NCBI GenBank assembly: GCA_965203295.1 | Contig: CBDBCZ010000014.1 | Coordinates: 800,001-864,000, forward strand | Length of the DNA: 64,000 nucleotides | Reading direction: 5' to 3' | DNA from: Nitrospirales bacterium | GTDB taxonomy: Bacteria; Nitrospirota; Nitrospiria; Nitrospirales; UBA8639 | Notes under the pieces: model-generated | Seen by the model: the letters and a program-made list of their open reading frames with translations, nothing else | What the model was told of the DNA's origin: nothing | Databases searched by the model: none | In this document: positions 25,291-39,142 of the stretch, piece by piece | Numbering within the stretch: the first letter of the stretch is position 1 | How the letters are laid out: every line of letters starts with the position of its first letter | Translations under genes and position numbers: made by a program

Positions 25291-26731
25291 GAAACTAGCA
25301 ATAACCTTCTTGCAACTGTACTAATATTTCTATGACTTAAAAACCTACGTACTTGATTCAATTTTCTCTCCTATATTCATTGTATCTACCTGCACACTAC
25401 CTGAGACCAGCAACAAGCTGTAATCTGCAACTATATAATTAATGACAGAATTCTGCTTCATACAAGGCTATACGTACATACCTTACTGAATGTCAGCACG
25501 TGTTCTTCTTGCTGCAGTATGGTTGAGAGAGTATGGCCTACTCTGCACCCCAGTGGTCACGCTTGGTGACTGTAGTAGGCCTATAGAATTGATTGTTGTC
25601 ATATTTTCAATGTCAGCTATTCAGTCCTGACTTCTAAAATTAGGGTATATAACCAAGGAGAGTAGCCAACATCAAGTGTGCATGCTGCTGGCTGCTATAG
25701 CTAAGTGCTGGTGGCTACTTGATATGTATTCATAAACTAGATACTTTGAGTGGAATCTATTATCTACAGCTAATAGTTTGAGATGACATAATCACTGTAG
25801 CCTTAAGCACTAGACTCTGGGAGAATAGCGGTTTGTGCGGATTTCAGACAAGTGCAAGAAAGAGTGGGAATTGTTCACAGGAATATACGAGCGGGTTGCA
25901 CACACTCTCAATAAATGAAAGAGTGACTATTAGTGCTATTGCTATAGCCTGCCAGACACCATTACAGCACATATGTTGCAGGGTTTCATACACAAAGTAA
26001 AAGTTCCCACAAAATGGTGAAGGCGAGTCTAATTTTTTTTTTTCACCTCGGGAGCATTATTTCTTACTTCAAGTAGAACAGCAGATCTTGGCAATAAAGT
26101 TGCAAACATTCTCCCAAACATTAATTGTTGCCTGAGCCTTTGGTTATTGGTTGTCCTAAAAAAGGGGCAGTATTATTTATACCTCACACCATGAAACTTG
26201 GATAAATGTGTTGGAAACAAGAATACTCGTCAAGGGGTAGTTCCCAAGCATCTACCCTCAAGATATTGGTGTCAGCTTTAGCTATAAATTATCGGAGAGT
26301 TATTTCTCAGACCGAGTTGATGTACCCCAGAATATACTTCAGACACTGAAGTAGTATGTAAGAATATTAGCTAAAGAAATACTTTACCTTGAAATAGAGA
26401 AGGATAGTTCAACAAAAGTCATGCCACTCTCGCTAGCTGTCCTCTTTAGTGGTTTCCTGCTAGAGTTTAGGCTCTCCTGACGACTGCAGAGCACCAATGA
26501 AAACATTATTGATGAACTTCCCATACAATCAACGGTAGATGTATTATAAATGCGTTACTCTGTAAACATGTACACCATATTTCGTTACCTTACAACATTG
26601 CATTTTCTGCATGGAATGCCATGACGGTAGACACTATCAACCAGTTGAGTGCACAGCATGCCCACACAGGCTCTCTGATCTTGGTCACTAGCTATATGCA
26701 CGTGCTTGCTAACCAAAAAACTATACATGAA

Positions 26732-28820
26732 GATAAGAGTTTTGAATGCTACCTACAGGTTCGTAGTTACTGTAGAAGGCAGACATTAGACTGAACTTAT
26801 TACTATAGCAGAAGTCTGATTAATTAGTCCTGAGGTGGCAGCTGTTCATGCACTCATGTACAAAGGAAGGTCTCCAGTGGTTACTTTGCTGTCACAGACT
26901 TGGTAGCTATTGCTATTTATCGTGATTCAAGTACACATCATAGCAACGTTGCAGGGAATGCAGTTTTGTTGGTGATTCAATTTCAAACCAGAAGGCTTGT
27001 TATAGCCTTCTGGTTGATTAAGGAATTAATCATCCAAACACTCCTCTACGTATGGACATTTGGGTGAGAGATTTGCCTATCTACGGTTTGGAGATGCTCA
27101 CACAATCTGGTGGTAATGTTTGGTAGCAGTTCCAAATGTTGCACCATACGTATCCTTAATAGGACAGTATCCACCATACCTACAGAAGAAAAAAAAAGGG
27201 CAAGACTCACATGTACCAATCACGAGAGCAATTTAGGAATGGGGGCGGGGCTCAAGGAGCTACAGGTAAGCTTACGTACGCACGATCTAGCTAGGAGCGA
27301 GCGCACGCGACGAGGAACGGTTGATTGGACGTGTTGCCAAACGTTACAGGGTCTTCAGTAGGTTGCTCTGACAGTCATATCCCAGGGTAAGTGGAAAAGA
27401 TACTGCCGCTCATATGCCTGAGGCAAAAGTAGCTTAAATTATGGGTGAGAGTATCCGACTGCTATATTTCTGGGTCAGGTCGTTTTCTCGTTACCAGCGC
27501 AAAACTAAGGCTAACACCGCTTTAGTATCCTTCGCCTTGATTGTGAGCTGGGAACGAGACTAGTCCAATCCTTAGTCTGGGTGGTGGGGATGGTCTGATC
27601 CAAGCCTGGGCTGGCTGCATGACTTGACTCTTCAAACTATTGGTAAGGTTGCTGTCTGATTTCCAGCGTAATTTCATGCAAGATGGGGACAGATACACAA
27701 ACCTTAGCTGCTCTACTAAGTAGCTGAATGCTGCTTTTTGGGCCACACTAGCGTCTGTAGCTACATCAGCTAACGTTCCACTGTTCCATTATCAAGTATA
27801 TATAAGCTTTAATATTTAGACTCGAACATCAAGTTGAAGAGCGCTCTAATGGATAGTGTGCTAGATATAATCCTGAGATGGAACCCACACAGTGCCAGGA
27901 TTGATCTTTCCCTGCATTGCTTAATATTTTGTCATTTGTGCGATCTATCAACTGTACTGTGCATTGCCTTTTATGAATTCATGAGCTCTGTTTAGGCATT
28001 TCAGGATTCCGTTTAAAAAGAACTCGATATACATGGATGTGTAAACGCACTAATTCAATTCAGAAACTAAACCTCATCAGCAACATGAGGTGGGTTACCA
28101 GGTATGCTCATAAGCCAGTTTCCAAAATCAGCACATTAACTCCTATAAGATTTATTGTACCCTGAATCTTGAACCATATGCCTGTATTTTAGAGGTTTGG
28201 GTTTATTTGGGATTAGTGCCACACACAGATTTGTTAAATGTACAATACAGTTTATCAGTTAGTACCAATTCACAGACTGAGGTGGTAGTTTCCAGTTCAC
28301 AAGAAAATGCTTCAGCCATTAGTTTTGAATTCATTGGCCGGGGAGAGCCTTGGAATAAGGCAAATTTCCTTTTTTTCTTCTTCTGTAGGTATGGTGGATA
28401 CTGTCCTATTAAGGATACGTATGGTGCAACATTTGAAACTGCTACCAAACATTACCACCAGATTGTGTGAGCATCTCTAAACCGTAGATAGGCAAATCTC
28501 TCACCCAAATGTCCATACGTAGAGGAGTGTTTGGATGATTAATTCCTTAATCAACCAGAAGGCTATAACAAGCCTTCTGATTTGAAATTGAATCACCAAC
28601 AAAACTGCATTCCCTGCAATGTTGCTATGATGTGTACTTGAATCACGATAAATAGCAATAGCTACCAAGTCTGTGACAGCAAAGTAACCACTGGAGACCT
28701 TCCTTTGTACATGAGTGCTCAGGACTAATTAATCAGACTTCTGCTATAGTAATAAGTTCAGTCTAATGTCTGCCTTCTACAGTAACTACGAACCTGTAGG
28801 TAGCATTCAAAACTCCTATC
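26732..28820. repeat. Inverted duplication: arms 26732-27197 and 28369-28820; also 55523-55985 / 57156-57608
   Basis: The arms are near-exact reverse complements. They contain an exon start tgtag|gtatggtgga encoding YGGYCPIKDTYGATFETATKHY (FAM166/CIMIP2-like motif, tentative). Confidence 0.9.
27200..27395. promoter_or_regulatory. Promoter-like CpG-rich patch; also ~55990-56180
   Basis: CCAAT (27217), GC box GGGGCGGGGC (27242), reverse CCAAT (ATTGG, 27324) and a downstream gtaagt donor. Confidence 0.4.
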
Positions 28821-29077
28821 CTAGTGGACTAGTTGCATAGTAGCAGACCAGGGTGTGCCATACGTTGTATTGCACACATGACGAAATGCACGCACACAAA
28901 CAAAACGTGGTCAATGTCGTAGGACCTGCCGTTCACACATTTTACAATCAGTTGGCAATTCCCTTCGCACAACTCATTAGGCAAAATGTTCAGGCCTTTT
29001 ACCTACCTAACTCTTGACTATAAGGCATACAGAGTTATAGGAAGTTAATGTTAATTGCCTTTCTTTTCTTCATTTAG

Positions 29078-30238
29078 TTGGAACTGGAGGTACAGATGGC
29101 AACTGTAAGTATTGCAGTGGTGTGCTCATGGTAAATGTATGGTATGGGTGGGTAGGAGTACCTTCATGTGAAGAGTTAGAGTGAGAAATGTAATATAACT
29201 GACTTCGGCTGATCCTGGATCCCGAAACTTTAGAAACAATGCTCAGCATTCCGTTATTGCATGCCCCAAGTAACACCCTTAGCCAGTTATTTGAAAACTT
29301 TGCATATAAAGTTTGTGACCTGACAATAGCTGATCGTGTCTTCCTTCCACTGGCTGCTAGTTTTAGTCATGGTGGCATTAGTGACTTGTCACTGGCCTTG
29401 TTGGGATTACTGATTATTTAGGGCATAGTATCGCTTTGCTACACAGCCATAACCTACTGTTTCAAGGCTCTCCTGACTATCCTTGTTCCCAGTCCTGCCA
29501 ATCCCAGCTTTTATCTTGAGGCTGGGGTGGATAGGAATGAGAACAAGGCTAGTCCTGACTGTGTGCTCATAATATCTCCTGTGGGAAAAAAAATTGATTT
29601 TTCGCATGAGAGCTTCCCATTCCTACTCCCTTCTACCTCTCTATGTCATTGTGCACACCTGCTGTGATGCAGTACCCAGCGCAGTCTCACAGAAATCATT
29701 GCAGCATGTATGAGGATCATACCTGTCCTATTCTCATACAGTCAGTGGCATGATAGCCGGCTGTGCCTCCATCTTTAGCACAACTCTTAGCGGACTAACA
29801 CAAATGTATTTGCTCAATTCTCCGGTAATATTCACTGCTGTAAGAGCTGTCTGGTACAGCAAACAACTTTGCTTCTTTAATGGACTCAGGTATATGCATT
29901 TCTGAAATAGTAACAGGAAGTTTAATCTTTCATGTGGGAGCTTCCTACTCTTAATACCTTCCACCTCCCTACATTATATTGCTGTTCTGAACTTTGTTTT
30001 GCCTTTACCCTCAGCTCAGCGTGGTTCTGATGACAGTACAACTGTGGTAGCAGTGGTTGTGCCATTGTCTATCATCCTTGTTGCCCTCTTGGTTGTCGCA
30101 GTCTTCGGAGTAGTGTTCGTTGCTGTCAAACATGGTGGCACAAAGTCCTCAGTGTATGAGGAATTGCAAGAAAAGAGAGCTCATCCAGAAAGTATAATTG
30201 AAGATTATTGCCTCCCAGAAAATGAACCATCAATGGAG
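29078..30238 (+). CDS. Fragment of a single-pass receptor gene: 27-bp micro-exon (29078-29104) plus TM/juxtamembrane exon (30015-30238)
   Basis: Phase 1-1 micro-exon GTGGTDGN. The next exon encodes hydrophobic VVAVVVPLSIILVALLVVAVFGVVFVAV, then KH...SVYEEL. Splice sites are canonical. Confidence 0.65.
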
Positions 30239-32366
30239 GTACATGTATAAGTTTAGCATGCACATTTTTGCTGTTTTCACTCACACCTTAACAGTCACCA
30301 CTACGTCTTGATATCAAATATGTGACTATTTTTGGTATGCCTGCTGGTAATATTAAATCAGTTTTCAATTTTCAAGTGGGTGAGACTTCCAGTATGGAAT
30401 ATGACTTGTCATTCTGTTAATTGTGATGAACCTCACACAAGTATCATCAATGAGATAGCACAGGCTATAGAGGAAAGCCAATAAAGTCCAAGTACTAATA
30501 CACAAGTTAGGCATAATAAAGAGCAAAACCTACAAGTAGTTGTGCTCTCTTCTCTTGCACAACTACCTGGGCTACATGTAGTTGAACTTGCTCGCTTCGC
30601 TTGCTCTATACAGATAGAAATGAAGTGCAGTAGAAATGGAGTTTGTGGTCGGCAAGGCCTACTCTGAATATTCTGTTCAAAACTCACTGAAAATTGCCCT
30701 ATTACTACTGCATTATTCTTGATGCTTCTTCGTGCCTATTGTTATAGATGGATAGATAGATAGATATCCAGGAATGTCCCATCAGCTTAAGCTGGTCTGC
30801 GTGGGCGTCCTGAACAAACAGTAACTATAATACATCAACAAACACATCAACGTAAATCACAAGACTGAGTAGGGAGTTCATCCGATGCCATTCTGACCCT
30901 GGTTCTAGACCGGGAGGGTATTGGTGACCACAATAATCTTGGCCTAAGCCTATAGTGGAACTCTATAATAAGCAGTCACCCTTCAACCATGGCTGTGATA
31001 GAAGAGGTGGTTGTGTTTACTGTATTATGAGGTCCATTGTGCATTACCAATATGTAGGTTGGGCCACATAATATTCCAGTGGCCATTATTGGGAGGTGGC
31101 TGCCACATAGAGTGAACCTATTACAAACACAATGGAACATACAATGAATTAATTTAAGTACGCACACTCACGTAGTATCAGAATGTCTAGATGTACATGT
31201 ATTAAACAGGCAGATGAAGTGATCGATATGTAGTGCAGTCATTCTGACTTTGGAACACAAAAAAGTAATTCAGTTCTGCCAAAAGTTTCTTACATTCTGC
31301 GATATAGTTCTCCGGCTGTGAGAGGGCAACAGCTCTCAGCTGGATCCTGTGAAGGGCCAGGATGTGGTACTCCACAGTAGCCCCAAGCCTGACCATGTGC
31401 GACTTCTGCCCTGCATGGGGAAACCAAAAGAAATTTGCAGCTGTTCTTGATCTCCATTCATTCAGAGCCTCTTAGCCCAGAATCAAAGGTCAAAACTGCC
31501 GTACACTGGCTTGGTGTACAACAGGCAGTCCCAGCGGATGTGGTGGACTATTGTGAAATAATTTAACATGATTGAACACGTCTATAAATAGGAGGAGGGT
31601 CTATGCTCACCTACACCTCTGGTTGGGATGGGATCGGCGTTTGCAGCTAAATAGACACGGGACTTGCTCTCATCATGAACCTCAGATCAAGTGGACACTT
31701 GTACTCTCTGAAACAGACTGTCCACTTTTCGCAGAAACCTATCTCCCTGCTCAGGAGATTGGCGGGTTCCTCCTGGGTGTGATGAGCTTATGAATGAATG
31801 GTTTCCAGCTGTGAGTGGACTTCTGCAGCAGATATAATTGAGGACAAATACAACTGAGTGTAATCATGAACAGGGTTCTACTATTACAGCCACAAAAGAA
31901 TATAATTATAGCAGCAAGGAGGGAATTTTGAAAAGAGAAAGAACTGTGAGATTAAGGGAACATGGAATGAGTAAGGTTGCAGTTTTTGAAGGTGAGAGTT
32001 GCATGTGCTCAAGGGGGTTTCTGCAGAAATATTTTATTCCCTCAGCTAAATATCAAACAGCAACTGGTATATTGAAAAGACAAAAAATGCTTAATAAAAG
32101 TTACTTTTCAAAAGCAAAAAAAAAAAAAAGAAATTAGCAAAAACAAACTTGGCGTTCATTTTTAGTGAGCGTTTTTTTTTTAAAAAAACGAAACTTTTTT
32201 TAAAAAAAAGAGAAAAAGTTTCACCCAAAGGGCCAGGATGTGGAAGCTCAAGCGGCTAACGAACAAGAACTGACCCCGATGGATCCACTCCGCAGCGTGT
32301 ACAGGTTTATACTGGAATTAAGGGAGGTAGGGGGCGGTCCCTAAGCCATAATGCCCCAAACCTCAG

Positions 32367-32596
32367 TGCACGAGCCGAGATTCGAACTCGCGATCACTGT
32401 CTCCAGATACTGCGCCACTGCTCCCAGCACCACGGGGGGTGTTGGTGACAGTAGATGAACATTTCTCTCTTTTATATCAGTACTATTCCTATAGACATTC
32501 GGAAGAGAAAAAAAGGAAAATTAAAGTTCCCGGGCGGATTCGAACCCGCGACCTTTTCATTGAGAGGCGAAACGATTGCCGCTAAGCCACGCCTGC
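32367..32596 (-). mobile_element. Two tandem tRNA-derived modules (copy 2)
   Basis: Duplicate of 3637-3866. Confidence 0.7.
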
Positions 32597-33761
32597 TCCT
32601 GGAAATTTGATTGAAAATTTTCCCGTTAAATAAGGGGTATGGCAATAGACGCAAACAGGTCGAAGTTTCATATCATTGCTAGGTCTTTAAGTATTAGTTA
32701 GACCAAGCAACAAGGTTACTACAATGTTTTGAGCACCCGAGGGACTAATTGGCTGAAGCACAACCTACTTATTGACCGAGGCGGAGCTGTCGCTGACGCG
32801 AATGTTGAGAAATTGCTAGCTGACGCTGAAAGCTCGTTTTGCACTACTGCTGTAAGCCAAGTTGGCATAGTAACATACTAACATCCACATCTGCTAGTAC
32901 CTATGGTTCGCCAAAGTCTGAGAAAGCTGTGAATTAGGGTGCCGTTTGTGTCAAAATCAATTTTTTGAGATACTTTGACTAGAGAATATATGGCATTTAC
33001 TAAATACCCATGGTTACTTAGTAAATACCCACAGTTACTTAGTAAATACCCAGGGTTATTACCTGGCATTTGCTAAATACCCATGGTCATTTACTAAATA
33101 CGTAATTGCTAAATACCATGATCATTTACCATGATCATTTACCCTGTAGGGCTGGGAACGAGACTAATCAGATGAGCAACACTGGAAATGCTCTCCCGAG
33201 ATCGACTGTGTGACGGATTCTGACGGGTACATGTACTCATCATAGCGATGGCCTTATGGACAACTAATTCGCTGCCTATAGCCCGTACCCATACCCCAGA
33301 CGTAAAAGTCGTGGAACGAGAGCACGATGATCTGGAATCAGGATTCAGATTCAGAATAGACTATTATCTATGCTCTGAGTTTCTAAAACCTTGTAGTGAC
33401 GAGCTCGCATCCGGTCTCTAACCTATACTTAATTGTGAAACAGGTTTGCATGTAGTGTGTTGTGCCAAAGTTGCACTACAGTACAGCTTTGTCTCGAAGG
33501 TCATTTACTGACTGTCAGTGCTCACATTGTGGTATTTTAGTCAAACTATCTACATATGTGTATTACAATAAGTAACATATTTGCCTGGACTGTGCACTTA
33601 CATATATTAGCAACGTATGTAGAGCGCTTTTATGCAGTGGATCCCTTTTTATTGGTATTGCCACAAATCATATACAAGTGAACCTACCAGTCTCTACTCC
33701 CCACCTAGCTTTTTTGCACAGAAACAGCTGAGTGGGGAGTAGAGACTGGGTACAAAGTTAA

Positions 33762-34121
33762 AGTGGTGTCCCACCCAATTGGACGTTTAATCTCAAAAAA
33801 TGGTAGGGACTATGAAGGTAAAAATGCAACCCAGTAATTTTCTCAATGAGTTCTCTTCAATGAACACCTTTTTGAAACATACAGGGTAAATTTAACTTTC
33901 CAACTTTTTTCCTTGACCCCCCTCAGGAAGTACTAAATGTCATTGCATAGCACTCGTGGTTTTAGAGACTTTGGTGAAACTTTAAGGTGCATAGGGGGTA
34001 GACAAGCCGAGATATTGATGTCCCAAATTCATAAACAATAATGAAAAATTGACATTGATATCTTGGCTTGTGTACAGAAATAAATGTTCAAAATAATATT
34101 ATCTTTGGGTGGAACATCACC
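33762..34121. mobile_element. Kolobok-like MITE (copy 2)
   Basis: Duplicate of 5032-5391. Confidence 0.7.
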
Positions 34122-34234
34122 TTAAGTGAACCCCACACCAGTCTTATTTATTAATGTGGCAGCTAGTGGCAGTGTGTCCAACTGTGTGCATTTTGTGGTG
34201 TAAAGGGTGACTACATACAGTGTGTGTGTGTGTG

Positions 34235-34710
<476 letters not shown>

Positions 34711-34720
34711 GTGTGTGTGC

Positions 34721-34804
<84 letters not shown>

Positions 34805-35559
34805 CATGCATGGAAGGAACAGCATTAAGTTGTATCCAAATACAAACAGGATAAGTGAAAACTGGATGAGTGACTAGTAACCATGAAATACTGGATACGG
34901 CAAAATAGTATTAGTTATATGTATACATGTCAGTTGTATGGGTTAGCCAAGACCTACGGATAATATTGCCATTATACGTATTGTTCAAGACTTTCCCAGT
35001 GTCTTGGATTAGTAAACATAAGTGCCTATATACGTAAGTACTGCATAATTATGGAAATGGATGACATTGCCTGTGGAAGCGCTCACTTTTTTGGCAGTTA
35101 ATTCATTATTAGTCCAAGACATGAGCTTGTGAAGCTTGAAAGTGGAAATCATGTGGATTCATTGGAAACAATTTGGTAATCACCAGTAGAATCCCAGAAG
35201 AATTACTGGTCATTCTACATGTACTTGTCATTTATCCACAGACATATAAGTGAGATACAAGGAACACTGAATTAGCTGCACAAAATATCACTCAACTGTG
35301 TACATAGAAATCAAGGCCCAAACTCATGAAGTATGCATGGCACCTGAAGTACTGTAAGGGTAGGCGTATATCGTAGTCAGGGTGAACACACGGCAAATTG
35401 GCTGGCCCATACAAGTATGAGTTTCCATGATATAGATTCATTTCAGAATGATTCTTATATACAAAAATTGAAAATACACAAAGTGGAAACAACATCAAAG
35501 TAGTTAAGCAATGCATATAAAAATATTGTGTAAATGACAAAGTGGCCGACTAAGGTAAT

Positions 35560-37432
35560 TTAGTCAAGTTTCATGACTACATGAGCCATTTGTGACATTG
35601 TGCTGCCACCATCATTGGACACTTTGCATGTGTATAGACCTTCGTCCTCATCGGTGAAGCAGTGGATAGTGTAGGTTGACTGGACCTCTTTGTTTAGAGA
35701 GAGTCCATTGAAGTACCACAGGTAACTGAGTTCTCCAGACCCAGTGGCTACACAGCTCAGAGTTAGGGGGTCCCCGAGTTCAATCTCTTGTGGCTGGGGG
35801 TGCACTGAGATCACTGGTTTATCTGTCACTACTGGTGCTGTGAGTGGGAGGGAGAGAAAATCAATAAGTTGGATGATAGTTTAATTCTGGTAACATGTAC
35901 ACCGTAATGACTTATTTACATCTGCAGCACAATAATTACCAAGCGAGATAACTCGTACCCAGGCCTCCCGGCGGGAGGCCTGGGTACGAGAGGAGAGAAG
36001 CAAAGCAACCAATCGTGTTGTATAGACTCCATGTGTGCAGTTTGATGTGTAGTAACACTACAGGAATGTAATTACAGCCTGCCAGTGGACAAAGAGACTA
36101 TTTAAGAGAGCATACTGTAGACTCGGGTTATTAAGCGCATGCGCTTATGAGTCTGAGCAGCAAGGAAATATGCGCTTAACAAAAAGTGTGCGCTTATAAA
36201 TAGCGATTTCTAGCACCGCCCATTAGTCCCACCCACCTTTCGCAACTCGTTCTATGGCTAGCTAGCTATCATGGCAAGGGGGGAAGATGCGATGCTGATT
36301 CACGAAAGCATCATTCAAGGGCACCACGTGTACAAAATCGTCTTGGTGTTCAACGATTGGACGTCTGGTACAAATTATTGTCATGATAGTGGTTGACAAC
36401 AGTCAGCTTGAACTCTCTTGCATAGCTTTTCCTCTTAGCCTTTCCCGATCTGTTCGAGAGAAGGATAGAAGCACCAGCAGCCGTAGCCATCATGAGAATC
36501 TCCAGTGAAACACTCGGTAATACTTAGCACGTTGCAATCTCGATCTCGTGCTGAGAGAGCCCAAAGTTTAAAGTTTAATCGGGCGCATGCATGCGCTTAG
36601 TAGCGAGTAGCAAAAATCAGGAAGGAAGTATGCGCTTATAAAAAGTTGTGCGCTTATAAAAAAAGGTGCGCTAACCCGAGTCTACGGTACAGTAGAGTTG
36701 AGAGCATGTACTGCAGTGGAGTTGCCTGCAGAGAGGCAACAGTGATTTACGGAGGCAACATGTGTAGCAACCTAGAAGTAGTGGTAGCGATCTATGGGGG
36801 GTTCACCGGCAGTGAGGAAGGCTGATTCGGCAGCATCAGACACTGATGGCCGCCATTCTCAAATAACTACATGCACTCCCCCATTTTAATTGGAAAGGAA
36901 GTGTGTGTGTATGCAAGTGTTGACTCTTCTAGATCTACATGTATAGGTATTGCTTCCCATGAGGCTTCCACATGGAATACCATAATAGTTTACATGATGC
37001 TGACGCCTGAGTGGTAGAAGCATTTGCTGACGTAGGTGGAGCAGATGATGGCACCGGCTGTCCACAAGGCTCATCCTCGTGCTCTGGTTCTCCTCGACCC
37101 CGGTAGCCCATTCTTCCATACTGACCCCAGCGGTCTGGAGCACGTAACAGGGGACCCTGGCCATTGCGAATGGAGACTCTAGCAACTTGGGAATCCGTTG
37201 AGCCAGCACAATTAGTGACCCTACAGTAGTAGTCACCTCCATCGCTGTCAATGACTGAGTGGATAAGCAGCTCACGACTCTCACGGCCATTAATCAGCTC
37301 ATTGCTTCGGTACCATTGGAATTTTGTTGAAGAGTCAGGGTTCTCGACATCAACGAAGAGGCGAAGTGGGTTGTCCATACACTACTGTAGAGCTGTAAGG
37401 CTGGACTGATATTCTGGGCTTGGAAATATGCT
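35560..37432 (-). pseudogene. Two-Ig-exon gene fragment (copy 2; exons 36994-37432, 35560-35837)
   Basis: Translation is identical to copy 1, with the same frameshift. Confidence 0.8.
36115..36687. mobile_element. pogo-type MITE (copy 2)
   Basis: Duplicate of 7323-7895. Confidence 0.88.
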
Positions 37433-38639
37433 CTATGGATAGAGAAAAAAGGACACTTTATGGGTGGGATGTGTGGTACAATTTCAAAGTATGTGAATAA
37501 TTCTAACAGAAGCTACCTTTCGTGGTTTTGTGAAGATGAAGCAACAAGATTGCTAGCCTCATTCCCAGGCTACAAAAGGAGTGGCCTGGTAGACACTGTT
37601 TACATGTAACATAATGTACATGTAAAATTGCACACAAATGACAAGCACAGATGCATAGGCGAACCAACCAGGTAACCTTGCTCAACTTTCAGCCAAACAG
37701 AAACAGCAAGACTTCATCGATTTAACAAATTCACTTGGTAGCTTAGCATGAGTGTATTCTTCCATGCATGCGAACTGGTAAGTATACGGTAACAAATGAA
37801 ATAACGAGCATATAGGGTACATGTAGCTGTGTTACGCTCGAATCACTGCACTTCAGGGAGGTTGGAACTCTTAACTCTCAAGTTCAGAGAAGCACACACA
37901 TAGCTACAGTACCATAAAGCTAAATTTCAAGTAATTGTTCATCAGAAAAGAATGCAGGACATTCTTATCAGTACTTTTAGCATAGATAAATAATTGGCTG
38001 TAGATAAACACAAAATTGTCAGACTTTAGTACACTGTACCTACGTACAGAGCTGCTAGTTTCTTCAAATGTGGGCTTGAAGGGGAGGGTGCCTTTCCTGG
38101 CATAGAAATTAATTTTGTCAGAAGATGCAGCAGCAATTTAATATTAAACTCATGCAGAATGTGAAATACGTACCCGTACCAATAGCTGTAGTCCAAATGC
38201 TAAATGCTCAGACATTTGCCTCATCTGTACATGCACTGTGTTTCCTGGAACAATGCATGTAGAAGGAGTGTTGGAGCCTACATGATTACCAAATTCCTCC
38301 AAATTAGTTTGTTTCTGTTACTTACACATTTTATGTCACCCAGGCAGCATGAAACAGGATTAGTTCTCTGTAGGTATAGTGCATGAAGGTTTACAACCAT
38401 TCAGTCATGACATGTAGACTGCTTTCACTTACGTAATTGTTTTTAGACCACTCCTGGGCCGTACTTACTACACTTCTCTAAGGTGTCCACTAGTAGGACA
38501 CAACTGTGGCTCTGACACAATCTGTTGTGATGTAACAGTACAACTTCAGCTGTGTATTTTCAGACTCGGCATAATGCAGTAGCACTATTCTTCAAGATAC
38601 ATGGCTGGTTTCTATATACATGAACTTTACTCCATGCAG

Positions 38640-39142
38640 ACATTGATGAATGCGAAAGAGACACAGATAACTGCAGCGTAAATGTAAACTGCTCAGCCAC
38701 TGAAAGAAGCTTCAACTGTACATGTGTCACTGGATATGAAGGGGATAGAGTGAATTGCACAAGTAAACCCAATTTCAGTTAGAGCTTTTACTAAATATCA
38801 ACAATTTATCCCACAATTCCAGTGTATATTGCCTGAAACCATTGTCACATTTGCACTTACTGAGTTCAGTATGAAATTACTGTAGTCGTTTCTTTTCTAT
38901 GCAGATATCAATGAATGTGATAGGGGCTCTCATGACTGATGCTAAAGCAGACTGCACTGACACCAATGGGAGCTACTTATGCACCTGCAGAGTAGGATTC
39001 AGTGGCAACGGCAACACATGCAGTAAGAAGTTCTAGTGTATTCATTGATCAAGTGCATCCATTGCATTTTCTCCCTCATGATCAATAGGTTGTACTGATG
39101 GTCAGCTGATGTTAGCAAATGGCTCCAGCTCCACAGAAGGCC
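38640..39142 (+). pseudogene. EGF-EGF-SRCR gene fragment (copy 2)
   Basis: Duplicate of 9841-10343 with the same lesions. Confidence 0.85.

Noticed and set aside
31202..31800. Possible minus-strand exons
   Set aside because: The composition looks coding-like, but there are stops and no family I can identify.
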